Assembly (NCBI GenBank): GCA_001189075.1
Contig: LFCN01000006.1
Coordinates: forward strand, 524,866-588,865
DNA from: Parcubacteria bacterium C7867-004
Lineage (GTDB): Bacteria; Patescibacteriota; Minisyncoccia; Phycocordibacterales; Phycocordibacteraceae
Reading direction: 5' to 3'
Length of the DNA: 64,000 bases
Below are positions 18,871 through 28,150 of this stretch, piece by piece. A program made the position numbers and the translations under genes. Below the pieces are notes generated by a model, which was given only the letters and a program-made list of their open reading frames with translations, made no database searches and was not told the origin of the DNA. Within the stretch, counting starts at the first letter, position 1; the number at the start of each line of letters is the position of its first letter.

Positions 18871-20592
18871 TTAGTATTCTGCCCTATCCGGCCGAATTTC
18901 GTAATAATTGATCAGGAAGTGCGTTAATTCCATGAAGGGCTTAGTTAAGGTCTCGGAGGCGTACTGCACGCCCTGTGGTTCCCTCGTATACATGACGATC
19001 ACGAACTCCGGGTCATACGCCGGGAAATAGCCGAAGAAGGAATGGAAGTAGCGGCCTTCCGCATACTTGCCCCCTGATCCGGCAACCTGTGCGGTACCGG
19101 TCTTCGCGGCCACGCTCATCTCCGGAATCTTCAGCGTACCGTTCGCGAGCTTGGTATCCACCACCTTAACGAGCATGCGCGTCGTGTCTTCCGTCGCCTT
19201 GCTGCTGAAGACCCGCTCGGGCGTTCCCCATGACAGTTTCTTCTCCACACCGGACTCGAGCCTGATGGCACGCACGAGGTGCGGCGTCACTACCTGTCCT
19301 CCGTTGGCGAGCGCGCCTAATGCGCGGACCATCTGCACGGGCGTCTGCGCGATTCCCTGCCCGAAAGAAGCGGTGGCATACTCGACATCGCGCGGACTGC
19401 TCTCGATGTTATGGATATCGCCACCCACCTCGCTCGGAAGATCTATGCCGGTCTCGGTTCCCATGCCGAGCTTCTTCAGGTATCCGCGGAACTTCTCGTG
19501 CCCTACTTCAAGCGCGATGTAGGACGCGCCCATGTTGAGCGACTGCGAGAGAACTTCCTGCATCGGGGTTACCCCGCGCGCCTTGAGATCGTAGTTGCAG
19601 AACTTCTTGTTGTTGAGCGTACGGCAGCCGGTGTCGACATAGGTGGAGTCTGCCGTTACCGCACCTGAATCAAGACCTGCCGCCATAGTGAGAGCCTTCA
19701 CGATGGAACCGAACTCGTACTGGTTCCCCACCAGCGGATTCCCGAAGTGTTCCGGATCGCCGTTACTGAAATCGTTGGCATCGAACGAGGGCGCGGTATC
19801 GAGCGCCACTATCTCGCCGGTCTTGGGGTCCATGATGATCGCCCCGGTCTCCCGGCTTCCATACTGCGCGTTTATCTCCGCTAACACCTGATCGAGCTTC
19901 TCCTGCACCACCGGCTCGATGGTCGTAACCAGGTCGCCTTCGCGCGCGCCCCGCGCGTCAACGACGATATCGCCCGCACTCGCGAACAGCTCAGCGAAGA
20001 AGTTTCCGAAGAGCCCAACGGAGCCGCGAGAGAGTATGTCGTTGTAATAGCGTTCGAGTCCGAAGCGTCCCTCGAGCGTATTATCGTCATCGAATGCCAC
20101 GAAGCCGATGGACTGCGCTGCGCGCGTCGAAGCCGGATAGGTCCGCCATCGCTCGCGCTCGACTTGTATGCCGGGGATATCGAGCTTCTCGACGGCGCGC
20201 CCGGCGTCCTCCGATACACGCTTCGCGATAACCTCATACGGATCATCCTTAGCGTTCGCTGACGCGAAGAATGCCTCTTGGTCGATCGTAATGAGCGGAG
20301 CGAGCTTCTCGTATGCCGCCTGCGCATCCTCGACATGGCCTGGGTTCATCGCAATCGTGAAGCCGGTTGCGAGCGCTGCAGCAGAAAGCACCGTCCCGTC
20401 CTTGCGGGTGAAATAGATGCTGCCTCGATCGAACAGCTTCTGGCTCGCCGATACATACTGCTTCTCCGCGCGAAGCGAGTAATCGGAGCCGTGCACTACC
20501 TGTACGAAATAGAGTCTGAGAACGAGGAGTAGCGCGACCGTGAAGAGGATGCCCGCAAGCAATCGTAACCGTCCTCGTATCGCCCTCCGCAT
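18871..20592 (-). CDS. ftsI: peptidoglycan D,D-transpeptidase (class B PBP, FtsI-like)
   Basis: N-terminal TM anchor; SIVK (SxxK), SQSLN (SxN), KTGTA (KTG) motifs; located within the division/cell-wall cluster. Confidence 0.85.
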   Translation of the reverse strand: MRRAIRGRLRLLAGILFTVALLLVLRLYFVQVVHGSDYSLRAEKQYVSASQKLFDRGSIYFTRKDGTVLSAAALATGFTIAMNPGHVEDAQAAYEKLAPLITIDQEAFFASANAKDDPYEVIAKRVSEDAGRAVEKLDIPGIQVERERWRTYPASTRAAQSIGFVAFDDDNTLEGRFGLERYYNDILSRGSVGLFGNFFAELFASAGDIVVDARGAREGDLVTTIEPVVQEKLDQVLAEINAQYGSRETGAIIMDPKTGEIVALDTAPSFDANDFSNGDPEHFGNPLVGNQYEFGSIVKALTMAAGLDSGAVTADSTYVDTGCRTLNNKKFCNYDLKARGVTPMQEVLSQSLNMGASYIALEVGHEKFRGYLKKLGMGTETGIDLPSEVGGDIHNIESSPRDVEYATASFGQGIAQTPVQMVRALGALANGGQVVTPHLVRAIRLESGVEKKLSWGTPERVFSSKATEDTTRMLVKVVDTKLANGTLKIPEMSVAAKTGTAQVAGSGGKYAEGRYFHSFFGYFPAYDPEFVIVMYTREPQGVQYASETLTKPFMELTHFLINYYEIRPDRAEY

Positions 20593-20596
20593 ACTA

Positions 20597-20890
20597 TTAG
20601 CGGAGCGAGAGTGCCGGAGCGGCTGCCTTCACCGCGTAGGTAACCTGTTGAGGCTTAACGAGGCCGACCGCATACGGATCGGTTCCGTCGATGCGCTCTA
20701 CAACTGCATAGTACTGGGACTCGAGCGCGCCGATATCGCCTTCCGTCTCATGCACGAGCACTGCGAGATCGGTCTGGTACGCTGCGAGCGACACCGTGAC
20801 GATCACGAGCGCAAGGTATGCCGCAAAGAGCGCCGCAGAAGCAAAACCCAGGATCGAGATGGTGCGGTCAGGCATACGCAGGAAAGGCAT
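20597..20890 (-). CDS. ftsL: cell division protein FtsL-like small membrane protein
   Basis: 97 aa, single TM helix, positioned between rsmH and ftsI as in canonical division/cell-wall clusters. Confidence 0.5.
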   Translation of the reverse strand: MPFLRMPDRTISILGFASAALFAAYLALVIVTVSLAAYQTDLAVLVHETEGDIGALESQYYAVVERIDGTDPYAVGLVKPQQVTYAVKAAAPALSLR

Positions 20891-21818
20891 GAAGATTAAT
20901 GGAACGGTTCGTAGCGGTAACCCCGACTTCGAACAGTCGGAGCTTCGCGCTTCGCGCCCGCGGATTCGCTTTGAGCTCTTCCGCTGACGGCACTATCGGC
21001 TTGCGCGGAGAGAGGCTCCCCTTGCCGTCAGCGGCCGCATCCCGGAGCATGCTCTTCACGATCCGGTCCTCGATGCTGTGGAAGGTTATGACAGCGATGC
21101 GGCCTCCGGCAGGAACGAGCTCGAGCGAAGCTGCGAGGCCGTCGCGGAGCGCACCCAGTTCATCATTCACCGCGATGCGGAGCGCCTGGAAGGTCTTGGT
21201 TGCCGGATGGAGCTTCCGGTGCTGATACCAGCTTGGCGTTCCCTGCTCGATAGCCGCTACAAGCTCGAAGGTCGTCTCAATTTCCTTTACTTCTCGGTGC
21301 GCGACTATAGAGCGCGCGATCGATTTGGCGAACCGCTCCTCGCCGAGCGAGAAGATGATGTCGGAGAGGGACGCTTCCGAGAGATGGTTCACGAGATCCG
21401 ATGCGGTTGTTCCCTCTGACGGATCTCCGTACGTCATCAAGAGTGGCTCGTCTGCGCGGAATGAGAATCCGCGTCCGCGTGCGAGCTGGAATCCGCTCCA
21501 TCCGAGATCGAACAGCACTTTCGTCGGTACAAGATCGTTCTCGTTCATGAGCGCTGCAAGATCGCGGAAGTTGCCGTTCACGAGCTTCACCGTAGGGCGG
21601 ACAGCTCCCGGTACCTCGTCGACAACCGCCTGCGCGCGCACGAGCGCGTCAGCATCGGCGTCGATACCCACGAGCGTCCCGTCGGCAGGAAGCTGCTCAA
21701 GAATTCTCTTGAAGTGCCCTGCTCCGCCGAGCGTAGCGTCAACGACCACGTCACCGGCTGCAATCTTGAGGCCGGCGACGGCTTCTTCAAGGAGAACGGT
21801 GTCGTGGCGGGCTTCCAT
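20868..21818 (-). CDS. rsmH: 16S rRNA (cytosine1402-N4)-methyltransferase
   Basis: VVVDATLGGAGHFKRILEQL SAM-binding N-terminus; MraW family length and position after mraZ. Confidence 0.9.
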   Translation of the reverse strand: MEARHDTVLLEEAVAGLKIAAGDVVVDATLGGAGHFKRILEQLPADGTLVGIDADADALVRAQAVVDEVPGAVRPTVKLVNGNFRDLAALMNENDLVPTKVLFDLGWSGFQLARGRGFSFRADEPLLMTYGDPSEGTTASDLVNHLSEASLSDIIFSLGEERFAKSIARSIVAHREVKEIETTFELVAAIEQGTPSWYQHRKLHPATKTFQALRIAVNDELGALRDGLAASLELVPAGGRIAVITFHSIEDRIVKSMLRDAAADGKGSLSPRKPIVPSAEELKANPRARSAKLRLFEVGVTATNRSINLHAFPAYA

Positions 21819-21821
21819 AGA

Positions 21822-22256
21822 TTATGCGAGGCCACGGCTACCGAGCGTTTCCGCGAACTGGTCCGCATCTCGTTCGATCGACGTGGTGTAGGTCTCCCAC
21901 GCCTCTTCGTCCCAGAGCTCGACGCGGTCGGAGACACCCGCTACCACGCACTTGGTGCCGAGTCCGGCGTATGCCTTCAGATAATCAGGCACGAGCACGC
22001 GGCCGCTCGCGTCGACATCGGTCTCGGACGCGCCCGCGAGCATGAGGCGCGCGAATGCGCGGCCGGCAGCGCCTCCGGAGGAGTGTTCGGAGAACTTCTT
22101 GGCTTCGAGCTTCCACGCACCTTTCGTATACACGAAGAGACAATGATCGAGTCCCCGCGTGATGATTACCGACGTACCGAGTTCCTTCCGGAACTTTGCC
22201 GGAAGCGAGATGCGGTTCTTTGCATCAAGGGTATGTCGGTATTCGCCTATGAACAT
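21822..22256 (-). CDS. mraZ: transcriptional regulator MraZ
   Basis: MFIGEYRHTLDAKNRISLPAKFRKEL, duplicated MraZ/SpoVT-AbrB fold. Confidence 0.9.
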   Translation of the reverse strand: MFIGEYRHTLDAKNRISLPAKFRKELGTSVIITRGLDHCLFVYTKGAWKLEAKKFSEHSSGGAAGRAFARLMLAGASETDVDASGRVLVPDYLKAYAGLGTKCVVAGVSDRVELWDEEAWETYTTSIERDADQFAETLGSRGLA

Positions 22257-22380
22257 GAAGAAATGGTGCGTGGATCAGAAAGTGGTTCATTCCCACTTCA
22301 TCCCACTAGTAGGTAAGTATATGACACTTCTTCCCACAGAGCCTCCCTTTCCGGCTTAAAAGTTGTGTATAACTCTTGGT

Positions 22381-22409
22381 TTGACATGCTCTCTGTACGG
22401 AGCTATCCT
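22381..22409 (+). promoter_or_regulatory. sigma70-like promoter (TTGACA-17-TATCCT) preceding a roughly 200 nt structured leader
   Basis: Hexamers and spacer read directly; the leader contains perfect palindromes CCCTCGAGGG, GGGCCC and CCTGCAGCTGCAGG. Confidence 0.35.
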
Positions 22410-22617
22410 CGGGTGACATGGCACGAGCAACAGTGAGCTTCTGGAGCTATTGGTTTACGCAGCCCCTCGAGGGCTCGTCACTGTTGTCGTCATAGAATCT
22501 CCATCACGACAGTAGAAACGGGCCCTTGAGGGGGCCCCTTTCTATTTGGCCTGCAGCTGCAGGACGCAAATTGAAACTACGCACATTCCAACCGACTAGA
22601 GATATGGGGAGTACACA

Positions 22618-23022
22618 ATGCACAACGCAAGCTACGAAGAAGCGACCCGACGCCACCTGGTTCTTTCGGCTCGCTACGGATTTCCCGGACTGAACAAGAC
22701 GACCAGGGAAATCGCGCTTTCGGAGATCCGGGAAGCGATGCCACTCGGTTTCTATCGGCGCTACGATGGCCAGCAGTGCGAACTGCTCCATCTGGCCGTA
22801 GAGCATCCGAACGGCGCACTGGTGGCGGTGTATCGGGAGAACGAAACGGTCGTCGTTGAGAATGTCTTCACAATGGTCGGACCGTGCCAATGCCTGAAGC
22901 TCGGATTCCTGGCACCGATCAGGACCGACGGGTATGAGGGCCCCCGCTACGTGTTCCAGCAATCTGCAGGAACAACCTTTGCTCGGGCAGCAGGCGGCCA
23001 GGTAGAACCCGCTCACGCGTAA
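22618..23022 (+). CDS. hypothetical protein (134 aa), monocistronic
   Basis: ORF track; own promoter/leader upstream and a perfect intrinsic terminator downstream. Confidence 0.45.
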   Translation: MHNASYEEATRRHLVLSARYGFPGLNKTTREIALSEIREAMPLGFYRRYDGQQCELLHLAVEHPNGALVAVYRENETVVVENVFTMVGPCQCLKLGFLAPIRTDGYEGPRYVFQQSAGTTFARAAGGQVEPAHA

Positions 23023-23042
23023 CCCAAGATCCCAGAGTCTCT

Positions 23043-23079
23043 ACCCGCTGTCGGTCTCCGACAGCGGGTTTTCTTTTCC
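23043..23079 (+). terminator. rho-independent terminator (CCCGCTGTCGG tctc CCGACAGCGGG + TTTTCTTTTCC)
   Basis: 11-bp perfect stem and T-run read directly. Confidence 0.7.
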
Positions 23080-23190
23080 CCACTACTTCATATTTGACAG
23101 GAATACCCGGAGCCGCTACGCTAATTCTGATGACTCAAACGATTCAGTACGTCTTTCTCGGCATTCTACGTACCCTCGGCGTCCTTAGGA

Positions 23191-23290
23191 CGGTCGGGGT
23201 TTCGATTGAGGTCTCTCCACGGTAAGCGAAGCGGAAAGAATTGAATCGAGCCCCCGACCGGAAACGGTATCGGGGGTTTCGGCGTTACAG
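23191..23290 (+). promoter_or_regulatory. 5' leader with mutually exclusive hairpins (candidate attenuator/riboswitch) upstream of the CDS at 23361
   Basis: Stem 1 CGGTCGGGG(23191-99)/CCCCGACCG(23252-60) extended by TCGATT/AATCGA. Stem 2 CCCCCGA(23251-57)/TCGGGGG(23270-76) overlaps stem 1's 3' strand and is followed by TTTCGGCGTT. Confidence 0.35.
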
Positions 23291-23360
23291 GGAACGCAGC
23301 GCACAAAACACGAAAGAGAGCGCCTGACTCTTTCAAAAAGTTTGCGGAGAGGAACTAGGG

Positions 23361-23771
23361 ATGAGGAATACCTTCGTAACCAATCGGGACGGCCTGCGCG
23401 TTCGGGATGACGTGTGGAACTACATGACTCGGCAGAGGGCCCACGAATTCACCACGATCTCCGGAAGCCTGGCAGTTCCGAGCCGTGAAGGGGTTGTTAT
23501 CGCGCTCGTGCAGTGTGATCACATCCTTCCGACAACGTTCGTCCGATCAGTGCCTAAGCAGGTCGGCGAGATCCTCGTCCCGCCGGCATGGGCCAGGCAC
23601 GCTGACGAGATTGTCTATATCTCGCAGCCGAATCCGAAGCAGACGGAGAGGCCGCAACGGCACGAAGGCGGCAGATGCGCCAGCCAGAGACAAGAGTGCC
23701 GCTGCATCCATGCCGCCATCGAGACCATGATGACCTGGCCGTTCCAGAGACGCCGAGAACCAGTGGCGTAG
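23361..23771 (+). CDS. hypothetical protein (136 aa)
   Basis: ORF track; GAGAGGA Shine-Dalgarno-like sequence upstream; no family recognised. Confidence 0.4.
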   Translation: MRNTFVTNRDGLRVRDDVWNYMTRQRAHEFTTISGSLAVPSREGVVIALVQCDHILPTTFVRSVPKQVGEILVPPAWARHADEIVYISQPNPKQTERPQRHEGGRCASQRQECRCIHAAIETMMTWPFQRRREPVA

Positions 23772-23837
23772 CGAGGACGAAAACCCAAAGGCGACCCATA
23801 CGGGCCGCCTTTTTTCTTTCCCTGCGTATGTTGAAAC

Positions 23838-24308
23838 TTAAGAAACCTTCTCGACGGTATACGTCTGCTTTCCGTTCGGCGTCTCGAACGTGAACACGTC
23901 ACCCTTCTTCTTGCCCATGAGCGCAGCGCCGAGCGGTGATACGTGCGAGAGCTTGTGCACGCGCATATCAGCTTCTTCCGAACCGACGATCATGTACTCA
24001 TGCGCGTCCCCGCTTCCGTCCTTTTTGATGGTTACAGTGGAGCTGAACCCGACCACGTCCTTCTTCTTGCCATCAGTGACAATCTTTGCACGCTTCACCA
24101 GTTCCTCGAGCTTGCGGATGCGTTCTTCGGTTGCGGCTTGGAGCTCGCGTGCCTCCTGGTATTCTGCGTTCTCCGAGAGGTCGCCGAGCGAGCGAGCGTA
24201 CTCGAGATTCTCCGCGATCTCGGTGCGGCGTACAGTCTTCAGGTTCTCGAGCTCCTTTATCATCTCGTCGAACTTTTCCTGGCTAACGACAGTATCCTGC
24301 TCGGTCAT
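23838..24308 (-). CDS. greA: transcription elongation factor GreA
   Basis: N-terminal coiled coil with LGDLSENAEYQEARE (conserved acidic tip D/E) and C-terminal FKBP-like domain. Confidence 0.9.
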   Translation of the reverse strand: MTEQDTVVSQEKFDEMIKELENLKTVRRTEIAENLEYARSLGDLSENAEYQEARELQAATEERIRKLEELVKRAKIVTDGKKKDVVGFSSTVTIKKDGSGDAHEYMIVGSEEADMRVHKLSHVSPLGAALMGKKKGDVFTFETPNGKQTYTVEKVS

Positions 24309-24407
24309 GTATGTAGTGAATGAATGATGAACGCTCTAAGTACTTGTATTGTACGTGGCCACTTCTGCGCGTCAATCGTCTCCCGCAGCCGCACAGAAGA
24401 AGGCTAG

Positions 24408-26081
24408 TTATTCGAAGTATTCTGGCGCCGTCCGCGCCATCTCCGACAGAGCCTGATGCACCACATAGATGCCTCCCGTTGCCGTTCCCGCCGGACCCTT
24501 CTCCATCACTACGACGTAGACGTACTTTGGCTTCTCGTACGGGAAGAACCCTACTGCCCACATGTTATAGAACTCGTTGTTGAATCCGAGCTGCGCCGTA
24601 CCTGTCTTCCCCGCAATCGCTACCGGAAGATCATTGAGCCCGTGCGAGGTTCCTTCCGTGACGCCCATACGCATACCTTCGCGCGCGATTTGAAGCGCAC
24701 CCCGGTCTATCTCGATCGACTGGCCTCCCGGTAGTGCTCCCTTGCGGACCGTAGGACGGACGAGCGTTCCGCCATTTGCTACCGCCGCAACCGCGCGAGC
24801 TGCCTCAAGCGGCGTTACCTGCATCGAGTACTGCCCTATAGCGGTGTGATAGGTGTTGCCGATGCGCCACGGCTCGTCATACGTCGCTTCTTTCCACGCC
24901 GGACTCGGAACGAACCCGGTCGCTTCCCCGGCAAGCTCGATGCCCGTCGGGCTCGTGAAGCCAAAGGTCTTGAACCAGTGATTAATGCGCTCAATACCGA
25001 GACCCTTCTGACCGCCGAAGCCGCCGCCCACCGTATAGAAATACACGTCCGAAGACCACGCCACCGCACTGCGTGCGTTCATCGCGCCCAGCGTCTTCCA
25101 GTCCTTGAAGATAGTCGGCTTCGAGGGATCGTACTGGTTCGGCACGGAGATATAGCCGTTTGAGACGATAACCGTCTCCGGCGTAACTATGCCGTCGTTG
25201 AGTGCGCCGGCGACTTCCATCGGCTTCACGATTGAGCCCGGTGTATAGAGACCTGCCACCGCACGATCAAGGTATACCCGGCGGGAGTCCGACTGATACG
25301 CCGCTATGACGCTCGACGGACCTCCTGAAGAAAGCACGTTCGGATCGTATTCCGGAAACGACACGAGTGCGTGTAGTTCTCCTGTCTCGACGTCCATGAG
25401 GATGGCTGAGCCTCCCTGGAACGGTATCTTCTCGGCGAGCCCTTTGATGGCGGTATCGAATGCGCGCTGCGCCCGAGCGTCAACCGAAAGCATGAGCGTC
25501 TTTCCGTTCTCTGCCGGCTTCACAGTCCCCTGCGACTGTATCTCGCCAAGTGCATCTTCCTCGACAAGCAACGTGCCGTTCTTCCCTGAAAGCTCTGCGT
25601 TCATCGCAGCCTCCACACCGCTTAATCCTTTGATCTCAGTGTCATAGAAATTTCCCGAGGAGTCCTTCTTCGGATACGAGACATAGCCGAGCAGATGCGC
25701 GAATCCCGGTGTCTCATACACGCGACGTACGAACCCGCCCTCACCTGATTCGTTGTACACGAGAGGCGTGCCGTTCCGGTCGACGATAGCGCCGCGCTCG
25801 GCGAAGAGAACTTTCGGCGAGAGCCTATTGCGCTCGCTCTGGGCGGAATACTTCTCACCTTCCCGTACCTGGAGGTTCGCCGCCTGCACGCCGAGCGTCG
25901 TGAACATGAGCGCTATAACAAGACCGATAACCGCGAAGGTTCCGCTCGATATCGGCTTCTCAAGTCTGCCTTCGAGCGTACTCCGGTCGAACCCGGAGAG
26001 ATTCGAGGAGTCGAGGAAAATCTCGTCGGGGTTCAGTTCGTACCCGCTATTTCTCTTACGAAAAAGACGCCACCGCTTCAT
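24408..26081 (-). CDS. mrdA: penicillin-binding protein 2 (elongasome transpeptidase)
   Basis: TM anchor; SIVKPMEVAGALN (SxxK), SSD, KTGTAQ motifs; lies immediately downstream of mreBCD. Confidence 0.85.
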   Translation of the reverse strand: MKRWRLFRKRNSGYELNPDEIFLDSSNLSGFDRSTLEGRLEKPISSGTFAVIGLVIALMFTTLGVQAANLQVREGEKYSAQSERNRLSPKVLFAERGAIVDRNGTPLVYNESGEGGFVRRVYETPGFAHLLGYVSYPKKDSSGNFYDTEIKGLSGVEAAMNAELSGKNGTLLVEEDALGEIQSQGTVKPAENGKTLMLSVDARAQRAFDTAIKGLAEKIPFQGGSAILMDVETGELHALVSFPEYDPNVLSSGGPSSVIAAYQSDSRRVYLDRAVAGLYTPGSIVKPMEVAGALNDGIVTPETVIVSNGYISVPNQYDPSKPTIFKDWKTLGAMNARSAVAWSSDVYFYTVGGGFGGQKGLGIERINHWFKTFGFTSPTGIELAGEATGFVPSPAWKEATYDEPWRIGNTYHTAIGQYSMQVTPLEAARAVAAVANGGTLVRPTVRKGALPGGQSIEIDRGALQIAREGMRMGVTEGTSHGLNDLPVAIAGKTGTAQLGFNNEFYNMWAVGFFPYEKPKYVYVVVMEKGPAGTATGGIYVVHQALSEMARTAPEYFE

Positions 26082-26338
26082 CCCTCCATAATACGCGTCT
26101 TCACGAAACGATGCACCAGTATGGAAATGAGTGTTGCGGCCGCACCAAAAAGAAGAAAGAACGGTACGTTAGCTGCTCCCGGCGTGAAATACAGGATGTC
26201 CGCGAACGCGCCGAGTAGAAGGCCTGCGAGCGGGAATGCGAGTGCGGAAAGGAACACTAACAAAGCCGATACCGGCCACGGGAAGAAGAAGAGCGCGAAG
26301 AACGCTATGACGGGAATCGCTCCGCGAAGCAGTATCAT
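26078..26338 (-). CDS. mreD: rod shape-determining protein MreD-like small membrane protein (short, about 86 aa from ATG)
   Basis: Three hydrophobic helices; position between mreC and pbp2. The longer ORF-track version overlaps mreC, so the ATG at MILLRG was chosen; the true start may be an upstream GTG. Confidence 0.4.
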   Translation of the reverse strand: MILLRGAIPVIAFFALFFFPWPVSALLVFLSALAFPLAGLLLGAFADILYFTPGAANVPFFLLFGAAATLISILVHRFVKTRIMEG

Positions 26339-27123
26339 GGGGTAAGAGTGACCCAGGTAACCGAGAACGGATTGAGCACCGGCTTCACCTCGACGCGTGA
26401 GCGGGGAGAGGACGGATCGTTGCCTACCGACACCACGGTACCGATGGGAAGCGCGCCTGATCCGGGTACGAAGACCGTGTCGCCAACCATGATGCCGGAT
26501 TCTCGCGCAGCCTCGAGCGAGAACGCGCCTGCGCCACGACCGGAGAGCGTAACCGGAATACGCGTCTCTCCTACCCAAGCCTGAGTATCATGGCCCGGAG
26601 CGGAATACAGCACGACGCGCGCAGACTGATTCGCTGCGCTCTCGACCACGCCGAGCGGAACGCCTCCTGCACCGAATGCGCGCATGCCGGAAACAACACC
26701 GCTCGACTGCCCGGCATCGATCACGAGCACGTCATAGGGCGATACCGGAGGACGCGTGAGGACGCCCGCGAGTATTCCCGGCGCTCGTTCGGTCCTCGTC
26801 CCGAGAAGCCGTTCGAAGTCGGCAGCTCTCGCCTCAAGAATCGCTTGCTGTGCTCGGAGCGATTCATTCTCAGACCGGAGCGCGGCTACTTCCCTCAAGA
26901 GCGCTCCCTTGTCTGCAAAGAAGGTCCCCGCATTCCCTGCTCCGGCAGTTAAGGCGTCTCCCGTCTTCCAGAACGGCATTGCCGCGAACGGGATTACGCC
27001 CGGGGCGAACGCACGCACGACGAATACGAGGAGTATGAGCGCACCGATAGCGATACTCACGGGTCCGAGACCTCGTCCCGTGCCGAGCAACGAGTTACGC
27101 CTTCGGGAGGATAGCCGCTTCAT
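26335..27123 (-). CDS. mreC: rod shape-determining protein MreC
   Basis: N-terminal TM helix, coiled coil (REVAALRSENESLRAQQAILEARAADFERL), C-terminal beta domain; follows mreB. Confidence 0.8.
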   Translation of the reverse strand: MKRLSSRRRNSLLGTGRGLGPVSIAIGALILLVFVVRAFAPGVIPFAAMPFWKTGDALTAGAGNAGTFFADKGALLREVAALRSENESLRAQQAILEARAADFERLLGTRTERAPGILAGVLTRPPVSPYDVLVIDAGQSSGVVSGMRAFGAGGVPLGVVESAANQSARVVLYSAPGHDTQAWVGETRIPVTLSGRGAGAFSLEAARESGIMVGDTVFVPGSGALPIGTVVSVGNDPSSPRSRVEVKPVLNPFSVTWVTLTP

Positions 27124-28150
27124 GGAGGAATGTGTCGGCCCACGGAGCCGGGTCTTCGGTTACGATGCCCGTACCCCGCACAACCGCAGTTAATGGGTCG
27201 CTTGCGATATGCACCGGCACGCCGAGCATCTTCGCGAGCAGCTCCGGAAGACCGCGCAGGAGCGCGCCGCCCCCGAATACCGTAACGCCGCGCTCGAGCA
27301 CGTCGGAAAGCAATTCTGGCGGCGCTTTCTCGATAACCTCCTTCATGGCTTCCATGAGGGCATCGAGCGAGGGCGCTACCGCTTCGCGTACATGGGAATC
27401 GGTGAGCATGATCTCGCGTGGAAGCCCAGTAGCCAGATCCCGGCCGCGCACCGCGCGCGAGAGCTCCTCGTCGAGCGGGAGCACCGCGCCGATCCCGATC
27501 TTCGTGTCTTCCGCCGTCTTCTCGCCGATCGCGAGCTGGAACTCGCTACGGACATACTCGATGATGTTGTCATTGAAACGATCGCCCGCGACCTGGGAGC
27601 TCTTCGAGGAGACCGATCCGCCGAGCGCGATGACCGCGATGTCAGTTGTGCCTGCACCGATATCGAGCACCATGGTGCCCACCGCTTCCATGATAGGAAG
27701 CTTCGCGCCAATAGCTCCTGCCATCGGTTCTTCGAGTATGAATACTTCGCGCGCGCCGGCGGTGAGCGCAGCATCACGCACCGCCCTTGATTCCACGTTT
27801 GTGACGCCGGTCGGGACGCCCACGACGACGCGAGGGCCAAAGAGGCGCGAGCGTCCGCCCTGGGCCTTGTTTATAAAATACGCGAGCAGTTCCTCCGTGA
27901 CTTCGAAGTCGGAGATAACGCCGTGCGAGAGCGGGCGCACAGCGCGGATATGCGGCGGCGTCTTCCCGAGCATGGCCTTCGCTTCCTTCCCGACGGCAAC
28001 CATTTGGCCGGTCTTCTCGTTCACCGTCACTACCGACGGCTCCGCTATAACAATGCCGCGACCGCGCACGTAGACGAGTGTGTTGCCCGTTCCCAGGTCG
28101 ATGCCGATATCGCTCGAGAAGAGCGAGCTGCGCGAGAATTTCTTAGCCAT
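27095..28150 (-). CDS. mreB: rod shape-determining protein MreB (actin homologue)
   Basis: IGIDLGTGNTLVYVRGRGIVIAEPSVV phosphate-1 motif, DIGAGTTDIAVI, GGGALLRGL. Confidence 0.9.
   Translation of the reverse strand: MAKKFSRSSLFSSDIGIDLGTGNTLVYVRGRGIVIAEPSVVTVNEKTGQMVAVGKEAKAMLGKTPPHIRAVRPLSHGVISDFEVTEELLAYFINKAQGGRSRLFGPRVVVGVPTGVTNVESRAVRDAALTAGAREVFILEEPMAGAIGAKLPIMEAVGTMVLDIGAGTTDIAVIALGGSVSSKSSQVAGDRFNDNIIEYVRSEFQLAIGEKTAEDTKIGIGAVLPLDEELSRAVRGRDLATGLPREIMLTDSHVREAVAPSLDALMEAMKEVIEKAPPELLSDVLERGVTVFGGGALLRGLPELLAKMLGVPVHIASDPLTAVVRGTGIVTEDPAPWADTFLHEAAILPKA

Noticed and set aside
23554-23902. Minus-strand ORFs 23554..23799 and 23615..23902 opposite gene 23361..23771
   Set aside because: Overlapping alternative frames without start signals; the + gene has an SD and sits after the structured leader.
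27132-28073. 313-aa + strand ORF opposite mreB, and 33573..34277 minus ORF opposite the histidine phosphatase gene
   Set aside because: Opposite-strand partners carry unmistakable family motifs; these are GC-driven open frames.
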